Origin: an uncultured Christensenella sp.
GTDB lineage: Bacteria > Bacillota > Clostridia > Christensenellales > Aristaeellaceae
Length of the DNA: 37,408 nt
Reading direction: 5' to 3'
Assembly (NCBI GenBank): GCA_964609415.1
Contig: CAZSSU010000002.1
Coordinates: 1-37,408 of the forward strand
A model generated the notes under the pieces. It saw only the letters and a list, made by a program, of their open reading frames with translations. It ran no database searches and had not been told where the DNA came from. Both the position numbers and the translations under genes were made by a program. Shown piece after piece: positions 23,724-31,485 of this stretch (position 1 is the first letter of the stretch; each line of letters starts with the position of its first letter).

Positions 23724-25002
23724 ATACCAAAGCCTGGCGGCCTGGCTTATGTCCCCGGAAGGCCGGGCGCGCCTGGGTGAACTGTATGGCAAGGACGCGA
23801 AAGCTTTAAACAGCCAGTTTGCCCGCTATCAGCAGCTTTTGGCTGACCATCAGGCTGCCTTTAACGCGAATGTGCCCCTTACCCTGGTGTCAGCACCAGG
23901 CCGTACAGAGATTATCGGCAACCACACCGACCACAACCATGGCCAGGTGCTGGCAGCGGCGGTCAACCTGGACACGGTGGCCTTGGTTTCGCCGCGCGTG
24001 GACAGGCTGGTGCGGCTGAACAGCGCTGGCTATGCGCCCATGACGCTTGATTTGAGTGACTTAAACCCACAGGCCGGGGAAGAGGGCGGCACCGCTGCGC
24101 TCATCCGGGGCGTGGCAGCCAGGATGGAGGCGCTGGGATTTGTTATCCGGGGCTTTGACGCGGTGATGACCTCCCAGGTGATGTCAGGCTCCGGGCTTTC
24201 CTCCTCCGCCGCCTTTGAGGTGGCGGTGGCCGCCATCTTTGACGCGCTATATAACGGCTTCCGCCTGGATGCCAAGGAGCGGGCAAAAATCGGCCAGTTC
24301 GCGGAGAATACTTATTTTGGCAAGCCCTCCGGCCTGATGGATCAGATGGCCTCCTCTGTAGGCGGGCTGGTGGCGATAGACTTCAAGGAGGAGGACCCCC
24401 TGGTCACCGCCCTGCCCTTTTCCTTCGCGGCTTCCGGCTACCGCCTGATTGTGGTGGACACCCGGGGCAGCCATGACGATCTGACCCCTGCTTACAGCGC
24501 CATCAAGTCAGAAATGCAGGCAGCGGCCCGGGCAATGGGGGCGGAGGTGCTCAGAGAACGGGACAAACAAACCTTCCTGGCCAGCCTGCCGGACATCATC
24601 CGCCAGGCGGGGGACCGGGCAGCGCTGCGCGCCCTTCACTTCTACAACGAAAATGAACGGGTGGCTGAGGCTGTCTTAGCGCTCAAAGAGAACAACTTGC
24701 CCCGCTTCTTCCAGATGGTGCGGGGGAGCGGTCTTTCCTCCTGGACCATGCTGCAAAACCTGTATGCCCAGCCCCAAAGCCAACCCCTGGCGCTGGCACT
24801 GGCGCTGGCTGAGGAAATCCTGGCCGGGGAAGGCGCCTGCCGGGTGCACGGCGGCGGCTTTGCCGGCACCACGCTGAACTTTGTGCCGGATTACAAACTG
24901 TCAGCCTTCACCGCGCACATGGATGCCGTCTTCGGCCCAAATGCCTGCCATGTGCTGGATGTGCGTGCCCAGGGGGCTGTGATGGTCAATCCAAAGGCTT
25001 GA
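23716..25002 (+). CDS. GHMP-kinase, galactokinase-like, with a non-canonical sugar-binding signature
   Basis: 428 aa. GRTEIIGNHTDHNHGQVLAAAVN occupies the position of the galactokinase signature GRxNLIGEHxDY. GHMP ATP motif SGSGLSSSAAFEVA, GLMDQMAS, and C-terminal RVHGGGFAGT. The ATG overlaps the end of the SBP gene by 8 nt. Confidence 0.8.
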   Translation: MTEYQSLAAWLMSPEGRARLGELYGKDAKALNSQFARYQQLLADHQAAFNANVPLTLVSAPGRTEIIGNHTDHNHGQVLAAAVNLDTVALVSPRVDRLVRLNSAGYAPMTLDLSDLNPQAGEEGGTAALIRGVAARMEALGFVIRGFDAVMTSQVMSGSGLSSSAAFEVAVAAIFDALYNGFRLDAKERAKIGQFAENTYFGKPSGLMDQMASSVGGLVAIDFKEEDPLVTALPFSFAASGYRLIVVDTRGSHDDLTPAYSAIKSEMQAAARAMGAEVLRERDKQTFLASLPDIIRQAGDRAALRALHFYNENERVAEAVLALKENNLPRFFQMVRGSGLSSWTMLQNLYAQPQSQPLALALALAEEILAGEGACRVHGGGFAGTTLNFVPDYKLSAFTAHMDAVFGPNACHVLDVRAQGAVMVNPKA

Positions 25003-25039
25003 CAGCCCCCAGGTGCGGTGGTAGGATGATCCCAACTCC

Positions 25040-25156
25040 ATAATGTGTCTTCAGGGCGGGGTGAAAGTCCCCACCGGCGGTAAAGCCCGCGAGCCGAAAG
25101 GTTGACATGGTGAGATTCCATGGCCGACAGTAAAGTCTGGATGAAAGAAGGCAGGC
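25040..25156 (+). promoter_or_regulatory. FMN riboswitch (RFN element)
   Basis: Conserved RFN cores CTTCAGGGCGGGGTGAAAGTCCCCACCGGCGGTAAAGCCCGCGAGC and GGTGAGATTCCATGGCCGACAGTAAAGTCTGGATGAAAGAAG, located directly upstream of a riboflavin-transporter-like gene. Boundaries are approximate. Confidence 0.9.
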
Positions 25157-25224
25157 ATTAAACAGCCATCATTATTCGCCCTGAGCCATTTATCGGGGCG
25201 AATTCATGATTGGGAGGCATTTCC

Positions 25225-25815
25225 ATGAACCGCAGAACCAACACGGCCAAACTCACCTACGCAGCGCTGCTGACGGCGCTGGCCATCATCCTCAGCTATT
25301 TTCCTGAGATTCCCCTGGCTTTCTTCGCCCCCTGGCTGAAGCTGGACTTTTCCTTTACCCCGCTTCTGCTGCTGGGCTTTTCCATAGGGCCCGGGATGGC
25401 TGCCATCGCGATTTTAATCACCAACGTGGTGCACATCATCGGCGGCACCACCAGCGGCGTGGGGGAACTGGCTAATATCATTGTGGGGCTATGCTTTGTG
25501 ATGCCGCCCACCCTGATGTACCGCAAAAACCGCACCTGGCGCGGGGCGCTTGTGGGCATGGCCATTGGCATTGTGCTGATGATGCTCTCTGGCGTCATTG
25601 CTAATCGTTATCTGCTTTTGCCCACCTATTTTGGCTCCAACTTTGAGCAGGCCATGGGCAATATGGGCATCACGGTGTCGGGCTACCTGTGGGCCGGGGT
25701 GCTGCCGTTTAACCTTGTGAAAGGTTTGGTCAATGCCCTCCTCACCCAGCTGCTGTACAAGCGCTTATCCAAAATTTTGAAAGAAGCGGAAAAGGATATT
25801 GAGGTATCACACTAA
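25225..25815 (+). CDS. ribU: ECF-transporter S component, riboflavin-specific (RibU-like)
   Basis: 196-aa protein with about 6 TM segments. The N-terminus KLTYAALLTALAIILSYF is typical of ECF S components. It is controlled by the FMN riboswitch. ATG 25225 has GGGAGG 7 nt upstream. Confidence 0.85.
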   Translation: MNRRTNTAKLTYAALLTALAIILSYFPEIPLAFFAPWLKLDFSFTPLLLLGFSIGPGMAAIAILITNVVHIIGGTTSGVGELANIIVGLCFVMPPTLMYRKNRTWRGALVGMAIGIVLMMLSGVIANRYLLLPTYFGSNFEQAMGNMGITVSGYLWAGVLPFNLVKGLVNALLTQLLYKRLSKILKEAEKDIEVSH

Positions 25816-26254
25816 GTCCAGGGAAGAAACCCAGCGCCTGGGCCAGGCATTGGCCCAGGTGCTGAGGCCTGGTGATGTATTGCTGCTCTCAGGGGAACTG
25901 GGCGCCGGGAAAAGTGAACTGGCCAGGGGCATTGCCCGGGGCCTGGGTGTTACTGGCCCTGTGCCCAGCCCCACCTTTACCCTGCTTAACATCTATGAGG
26001 AAGGCCGCCTTCCGCTCCACCATTTTGACTGGTACCGGGCGGATGATCCGGAGGAAATATCAGCCGCGGGCCTTGAGGAATACATCCAGGGGGAATGGGT
26101 CAGCCTCATCGAGTGGCATGAGCGGGCGCCCTATCTATGCCCGGAGCGGCACCTGCTGGTGGAAATCAAAACCCTGGACGAAACCAGCCGGCTTATCACC
26201 CTGCGCCCCCAGGGGGGCTTCCGGGAATTGGGGCTGAGGGAGGAAGATCTGTGA
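25799..26254 (+). CDS. tsaE: tRNA t6A37 biosynthesis ATPase TsaE
   Basis: LSGELGAGKSELARGIARGLG (P-loop), PSPTFTL and HFDWYR. TTG start overlaps the end of ribU. Confidence 0.88.
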   Translation: MRYHTKSREETQRLGQALAQVLRPGDVLLLSGELGAGKSELARGIARGLGVTGPVPSPTFTLLNIYEEGRLPLHHFDWYRADDPEEISAAGLEEYIQGEWVSLIEWHERAPYLCPERHLLVEIKTLDETSRLITLRPQGGFRELGLREEDL

Positions 26255-26934
26255 CGATTCTGGCGCTTGACACCTCAGGGCCGGTGTGCTCTGTTGCCCT
26301 TCTGGATGAGGCGGGGCTTTGCTATGAAGCCCGGGCGGTCAACAAGCTGACCCATTCCAGAAACCTGCTGCCCATGGTGGAGGAAGCCCTGGATAAGGGC
26401 GGGAAAACCATGGCGGATATCAGCCTGGTGGCAGCGGTTGTGGGGCCTGGCTCCTTCACCGGGGTGCGCATTGGCGTGGCCACCGCCCAGGGCCTGGCCA
26501 GGGCCAGGGGCATAGGCTGCCTGCCGGTGAACGCGCTGGAAGCCATGGCTCATAGCATGACCACTCCCGGCCTTGTTATCTGCCCCATCCGGGATGCCAG
26601 GAGCATGCAGGTGTATGGCGCGGCCTTTAAGGATGGCAAGCGCCTGATGGCGGATGAAGCCGTGCCGCTTGAGGAATATCTGGCCCTGGTGACCTTGTTT
26701 GACGGTGCCCTTTTGTTTATGGGGGATGGGGTCAAACCCTGCCAGGCGCAGATCGCAAAGGCGCTTGGGGACAGGGCGCTTTTCGCACCGCCTCACCTGG
26801 TGCTGCCAGGGGCAGGGGCGGCAGCCTATCTGGCCAGCTGCCATCAGGACCAGGTGGTGGCACCGGGGGAGTTAAAGCCCCTGTATCTGAGGGCGCCCCA
26901 GGCGGAACGCCTCCGCGCACAGCAAAATGGCTGA
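26251..26934 (+). CDS. tsaB: tRNA t6A37 biosynthesis protein TsaB
   Basis: VTILALDTSGPVCSVALLDE and VVGPGSFTGVRIGVATAQGLA. The GTG start overlaps the tsaE TGA (GTGA). The track ORF opens upstream at 26137. Confidence 0.88.
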   Translation: MTILALDTSGPVCSVALLDEAGLCYEARAVNKLTHSRNLLPMVEEALDKGGKTMADISLVAAVVGPGSFTGVRIGVATAQGLARARGIGCLPVNALEAMAHSMTTPGLVICPIRDARSMQVYGAAFKDGKRLMADEAVPLEEYLALVTLFDGALLFMGDGVKPCQAQIAKALGDRALFAPPHLVLPGAGAAAYLASCHQDQVVAPGELKPLYLRAPQAERLRAQQNG

Positions 26935-27424
26935 GGCCCTCATCCGCCGCATGACCCTGGCAGACGCCAGCCAGGTGGCGCACATTGAAGCTGCCTGTTT
27001 TCAGACGCCCTGGACGCTCAGGGATTTTGAACATGAGATGAGCCAGAACCCGGTGGCCCGTTACCTAGTGGCGGAAGTGGATGGGCAGCTGGTTGGTTTT
27101 GCCGGGGCCCATATCATCCTGGATGAGGGGCACATCACCAACGTGGCTGTGCTGCCCGGGGCAAGAGGACAGGGCCTTGGCAAAAAACTGTTGAAGGCCC
27201 TGCTGCAATATGCCGCCAACCTGGGGGCGAGGTATTTAACCCTGGAGGTGCGGGCGAGCAATGCGCCTGCCATCGCCCTCTACAAATCCTTTGGCTTTAT
27301 CAAGGTGTCTGTGCGCAAGCGCTACTATGCTGATTCGGGTGAGGATGCGCTGCTGATGGTGTGTGACCAGATGCCCCCGGCGGAAGCGGATTTTTCAGAG
27401 CCTGAAACGGTAAACGATCAATAA
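26927..27424 (+). CDS. rimI: Ribosomal-protein-alanine N-acetyltransferase RimI
   Basis: GNAT with HITNVAVLPGARGQGLGKKLL, in the conserved tsaE-tsaB-rimI position, 165 aa. Confidence 0.85.
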   Translation: MAEALIRRMTLADASQVAHIEAACFQTPWTLRDFEHEMSQNPVARYLVAEVDGQLVGFAGAHIILDEGHITNVAVLPGARGQGLGKKLLKALLQYAANLGARYLTLEVRASNAPAIALYKSFGFIKVSVRKRYYADSGEDALLMVCDQMPPAEADFSEPETVNDQ

Positions 27425-27810
27425 ATCGCCTGCAATTCTTTGCTGTCAAACTGCTGTATTTCAACATCATAGCCCTCTGGCCCCTTGAACAAAAAGGAGC
27501 GCATGGCAATGCCCTTGATGTGCTTAATGGGGGCAACAGCCAGGCCTTTTTCTTTGAGGCGCCGGTGCGTTTCCTCAATGTTATTGACCGTGAGGCTGAT
27601 GAGGACGCCGCCCCGGCTATCCACCGGGATGGAGCCGTCTTTGGCATCCACCGCCCCTAAAAATGCGCGGCCGGCTGTCTGGTAGACGATAGCCCAGCCG
27701 GGGTCATGCACCACTGAAAGCTCTAGCACCTCGCTGAAAAAGGCTTTGGCGGCGGGAAAATCGTCAAAGTAGAGAAAGGTCACCTGGGAAGAGATGTCAA
27801 GCAGGGCCAT
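27418..27810 (-). CDS. VOC-family (glyoxalase/bleomycin-resistance fold) protein
   Basis: 130 aa. The N-terminal beta-alpha-beta pattern VTFLYFDDFPAAKAFFSEVLEL and the overall size fit a single VOC module. Recognition is weaker than for other calls here. Confidence 0.6.
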   Translation of the reverse strand: MALLDISSQVTFLYFDDFPAAKAFFSEVLELSVVHDPGWAIVYQTAGRAFLGAVDAKDGSIPVDSRGGVLISLTVNNIEETHRRLKEKGLAVAPIKHIKGIAMRSFLFKGPEGYDVEIQQFDSKELQAIY

Positions 27811-27822
27811 CCTGTCCTCCTT

Positions 27823-28926
27823 TCATTGGAACACCAGAAACTCACACTCAAGCCGCCCGTTGTACAGCCTGCGGCGGCTGTTTGCTTTGCGCCTCATGTG
27901 GCGTTCAAAGCTATGATTGGCCGTGATCACAGCCAGCTTCGCGCCCTGATGCCGGGCCAGAAGGCCGCCAAAGTCAGCCGCCAACTTATCCGCCGCCTTT
28001 TTGTCGCCCAGGCGTTCGCCATAGGGGGGATTAGCGATGAAAAAGGGCGTTGGCCCGTCCAAAGTCAATTGCCTCAGGTCGGCCTGGCGCAGTTTGATGC
28101 GGTCAAACAGACCGGCTTGACGCAGGTGCTTTTCACATAAATGTAGCGCTTCGGGGCTGATGTCGCTGCCGGAGATGGGCGGGATATCCTTAGGCCGGTA
28201 CAGGCGGGCCGCTTCCTCCCGGATGAGCTGCATATCCTTTATGGCGCTGTCAGGCCATGTTTCCATGATAAAGAAGCGCTTGAGCCCGCTGGCCCTGTTC
28301 GCGGCCAGGAAGGCCGCTTCAAGCAGCAAGGTGCCTGTGCCGCAGCAAGGATCATGAAGCGGCTGGTCTGCTTGCCAGCCCGACAGGCGCAGCATGGCCG
28401 CAGCCAGCGTTTCCCGGATGGGCGCTTCCCCCACATAGGTGCGGAAGCCCCGCTTGTTCAGCGCCTCGCCTGAGGTGTCAATGGCGATGCGGGCGATGTC
28501 CCGGTGCAGGGTGACAGAGATGGGGTAAGTGGGGCCTGTTTCAGGGAACCACTGGGTTTTATGGCGCTGCTTCAGCCGCTCCACAATGGCTTTTTTGCTG
28601 ATGCTCTGGCAGTCGCTCACACTCATCAGCTGGCTTCTGGCGCAGTTGCCACTCACCGGGAAGGCGGCGTCCCTGGGCAGAATGCGCTCCCAGGGGATGC
28701 TTTTGACAAATTCAAACAGGGCGTCAAAGGTTTTCACTTCCTTTTCCGCCAGCACCCACATCACCCGGTCGGCACAGGCCAGCCACAGGTTGGCCTTAAA
28801 AGCGTCAGACATACTGCCCGAAAAACGTGCGCCGCCCGGCTCGGCCTTGGCTTCAAAGCCCAGCTGCTGCAATTCCTGTTTCACCAGACCTTCAAGACCA
28901 AAGGCCGCCGTCGCGATAAAATCCAT
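27823..28926 (-). CDS. THUMP-domain class I SAM-dependent RNA methyltransferase (RlmL N-half / YpsC-like)
   Basis: MDFIATAAFGLEGLVKQEL (THUMP N-terminus), DPCCGTGTLLLEAA (SAM motif I) and IANPPYGERL (NPPY motif IV). ATG 28926 has GGAGGGG 5 nt upstream. The track ORF opens at 28932. Confidence 0.85.
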   Translation of the reverse strand: MDFIATAAFGLEGLVKQELQQLGFEAKAEPGGARFSGSMSDAFKANLWLACADRVMWVLAEKEVKTFDALFEFVKSIPWERILPRDAAFPVSGNCARSQLMSVSDCQSISKKAIVERLKQRHKTQWFPETGPTYPISVTLHRDIARIAIDTSGEALNKRGFRTYVGEAPIRETLAAAMLRLSGWQADQPLHDPCCGTGTLLLEAAFLAANRASGLKRFFIMETWPDSAIKDMQLIREEAARLYRPKDIPPISGSDISPEALHLCEKHLRQAGLFDRIKLRQADLRQLTLDGPTPFFIANPPYGERLGDKKAADKLAADFGGLLARHQGAKLAVITANHSFERHMRRKANSRRRLYNGRLECEFLVFQ

Positions 28927-29025
28927 ATGCACCCCTCCATAAGCCTATTATACATTAACGAAAATGCGCCGCAAGCCCTGTCTAATCCCAGGCTTTTTGT
29001 GTAAAATGAAAACAGGAGGAGATAT

Positions 29026-30198
29026 ATGAGAAAAGTTTTGTTAATTGTGCTTGATTCTGTGGGCGCGGGAGAATTGCCGGATGCCCATCTATATGGGGAC
29101 GAAGGTGCCAACACCCTGGGGCACACGGTGCTGGCTGCGGGGCTGAGGCTGCCCCAGCTGGAAAAACTGGGCATCGGCGCCATCCCCACAGCCCACTTGC
29201 CCCTTGATGTAAACGCCCGGGGGCTGAGCGCCAGGCTGGCGGAAAAATCCCCCGGCAAGGACACCACAACCGGCCACTGGGAAATGGCGGGCGTCCGGCT
29301 AAATCAGGCTTTCCCCACCTTTCCCGAGGGCTTCCCGGCGGATTTCATCGCCCGGTTTGAGGAAGCCATCGGCACCAAAACCATGGGGAACTACCCCGCC
29401 TCAGGTACCGCCATCATCAAGGAGCTGGGGGAGGAGCATATCCGCACTGGCTACCCCATCGTGTACACCTCGGCTGATTCGGTGTTTCAAATCGCTGCCC
29501 ATGAGGAAGTGATCCCCCTTGAGCGCTTGTATGAAATCTGCCAGATTGCCAGGGACATGCTGACAGGGGAACTGGCTGTGGGCCGGGTGATTGCCAGGCC
29601 GTTTATCGGCACGCCTGATAAGGGCTTTACCCGCACCGGCAGCCGGAAAGATTTTTCGCTGCTGCCGCCATCCAATACCATCCTGGATGATCTGAAACAG
29701 GCGGGCTATGATGTGCTGGGCGTTGGCAAAATCGAGGATATCTTCGCCCACCGGGGCCTGACGGAAAGCAACCACGCCTCAGGCAACGCGGCCTGCATTG
29801 AGGCAGCGCTGGAATACCTGGGCCAGCCTTTTGAGGGGCTGTTGTTTGTGAACCTGGTGGATTTTGACATGCTGCATGGCCACCGGCGCGATCCCGAGGC
29901 ATATGCCAAAGCACTCAAGGATTTTGACGATGCCCTGCCCCGCTTCCTGGAGAAACTGGGGGAAGAGGATCTGCTCATCATCACCGCCGATCACGGCTGT
30001 GACCCCACTTTCAAGGGCACTGATCACACCCGGGAGTATGCCCCCCTGCTGGCCTGGCGGCCGGGCCTCTCCGGCCAAAGCCATCTGGGTGACCGGGACA
30101 GTTTTTCAGACATCGCGGCCACCATCAGCGATTTCTTCGGGCTAAAGGAACGCTATGGCGCCCAATCATTTTTGAAAGAATTGGAGGAGCTGGCATGA
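29026..30198 (+). CDS. deoB: Phosphopentomutase
   Basis: VLLIVLDSVGAGELPDA, GKDTTTGHWEM, NLVDFDMLHGHRRD and ITADHGCDPT. AGGAGG RBS. Confidence 0.95.
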   Translation: MRKVLLIVLDSVGAGELPDAHLYGDEGANTLGHTVLAAGLRLPQLEKLGIGAIPTAHLPLDVNARGLSARLAEKSPGKDTTTGHWEMAGVRLNQAFPTFPEGFPADFIARFEEAIGTKTMGNYPASGTAIIKELGEEHIRTGYPIVYTSADSVFQIAAHEEVIPLERLYEICQIARDMLTGELAVGRVIARPFIGTPDKGFTRTGSRKDFSLLPPSNTILDDLKQAGYDVLGVGKIEDIFAHRGLTESNHASGNAACIEAALEYLGQPFEGLLFVNLVDFDMLHGHRRDPEAYAKALKDFDDALPRFLEKLGEEDLLIITADHGCDPTFKGTDHTREYAPLLAWRPGLSGQSHLGDRDSFSDIAATISDFFGLKERYGAQSFLKELEELA

Positions 30199-31034
30199 TT
30201 GATTACAAGGACATCAAAAGGGCAGCAACACTGGTGATGCACACCTGCGGCCCGGCCGATATTGCCATTATTTTGGGCAGCGGCCTTGGCGGCTATGAGG
30301 AGCAGCTGCTGGATCCGGTGGAGATTGATTATGATGAAATCCCCGGCTTCCCCACCTCTACGGTGCCAGGCCACGCGGGCAAGTTCATCATCGGCACGCT
30401 AAAAGACAAGCGGGTGCTGGTGATGTCCGGGCGCATTCACAGCTATGAGGGCTATGGGATGGACAAGGTGACCCTGCCCATTCGGGTGATGAGCCTGCTG
30501 GGGGTGAAAACCCTGATTGTCACCAACGCCGCAGGCGGCGTCAACACCGCCTTTAAGCCGGGGGATTTGATGCTGATTGAGGACTATATCAACCTCTCAG
30601 GCCGCAACCCGCTTCGGGGCAAAAACCTGGACCGCTTTGGCCCGCGTTTCCCCGACATGAGCCAGGCATATGACCTGGAGCTGCGCCAGATTGCCCAGCA
30701 GGAAGCGGAAAAACTGGGGATTGATTTAAAGCGCGGTGTGTACTGCTGGATGAATGGGCCCACTTACGAAACCCCTGCCGAAATCCGCATGGTGCGCACC
30801 CTGGGGGCTGACGCGGTGGGTATGTCCACCGTGCCTGAAACCATCGTGGCCCGCCACTCAGGCATGCGGGTGCTGGGCATCTCCAGCATCACCAACATGG
30901 CCGCCGGCGTCCTTGACCAGCCCATCAACCATGACGAGGTGCTGGCTGTGGGCAAGGGGGTGAAAGAACCCTTTGCCAGGCTTCTGGACGCGGTGATTGA
31001 CCGTTTGCCAGAGGCGGAGACGGTGGAAATGTAA
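30195..31034 (+). CDS. punA: Purine nucleoside phosphorylase (PunA / PNP-I trimeric type)
   Basis: GSGLGG, HAGKFIIGTL, GRIHSYEGY, NAAGGVN, GPTYETPAEIRMVRTLGADAVGMSTVPE. ATGA overlap with deoB. Confidence 0.92.
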   Translation: MIDYKDIKRAATLVMHTCGPADIAIILGSGLGGYEEQLLDPVEIDYDEIPGFPTSTVPGHAGKFIIGTLKDKRVLVMSGRIHSYEGYGMDKVTLPIRVMSLLGVKTLIVTNAAGGVNTAFKPGDLMLIEDYINLSGRNPLRGKNLDRFGPRFPDMSQAYDLELRQIAQQEAEKLGIDLKRGVYCWMNGPTYETPAEIRMVRTLGADAVGMSTVPETIVARHSGMRVLGISSITNMAAGVLDQPINHDEVLAVGKGVKEPFARLLDAVIDRLPEAETVEM

Positions 31035-31054
31035 GCTGAATAGCATCAAACCAT

Positions 31055-31090
31055 CAAGGGGGATACTGCTGTGATGCGGTCTCCCCCTTG
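31055..31090. terminator. Hairpin terminator between convergent punA and the pheST-orf115 unit
   Basis: 9-bp stem CAAGGGGGA / TCCCCCTTG (31055-31063 / 31082-31090) with an 18-nt loop. The flanking T/A runs are weak. Confidence 0.5.
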
Positions 31091-31109
31091 GCATTTATGA
31101 TCTGTGCTG

Positions 31110-31457
31110 TTATTGCATGGCGTCTCGGATTGAATGAAATATCATGATGACGCTGGTCTGGATGAGGCCGGACTGATATGTTTCATCAATGCACTCATCC
31201 CAATAGGCCAGATGTTTGATGTCGATGTCGTGCTTTGATTCCCGGACATCTACCCCGCCTTCTCCCTGAACGCTATACCAATAGAGGAATTCATCCCCGT
31301 CCACAATTTCCCGGTGGATCGACTCGATGAACATCTTTTCATCCTTTAAGGTCACCAGGGTGTCTTCCATATGGCGATTCAGAAAGTCCAGCCATTCATC
31401 AACTGTTTTAGACTTGCCGGGCTTAACCCGGAACCTGCTCAACTCTACTTTTATCAT
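31110..31457 (-). CDS. Small hypothetical protein (possibly DUF6176-like or dimeric alpha/beta-barrel-like)
   Basis: 115-aa ORF 28 nt downstream of pheT on the same strand. It is noticeably more A+T-rich than its neighbours. Family assignment is from memory of similar Firmicute sequences (RFRVKPGK...WYSVQGEGG) and is tentative. Confidence 0.5.
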   Translation of the reverse strand: MIKVELSRFRVKPGKSKTVDEWLDFLNRHMEDTLVTLKDEKMFIESIHREIVDGDEFLYWYSVQGEGGVDVRESKHDIDIKHLAYWDECIDETYQSGLIQTSVIMIFHSIRDAMQ

Positions 31458-31485
31458 CAGTTCTCCATGCAGACTTGCGCTTTTA

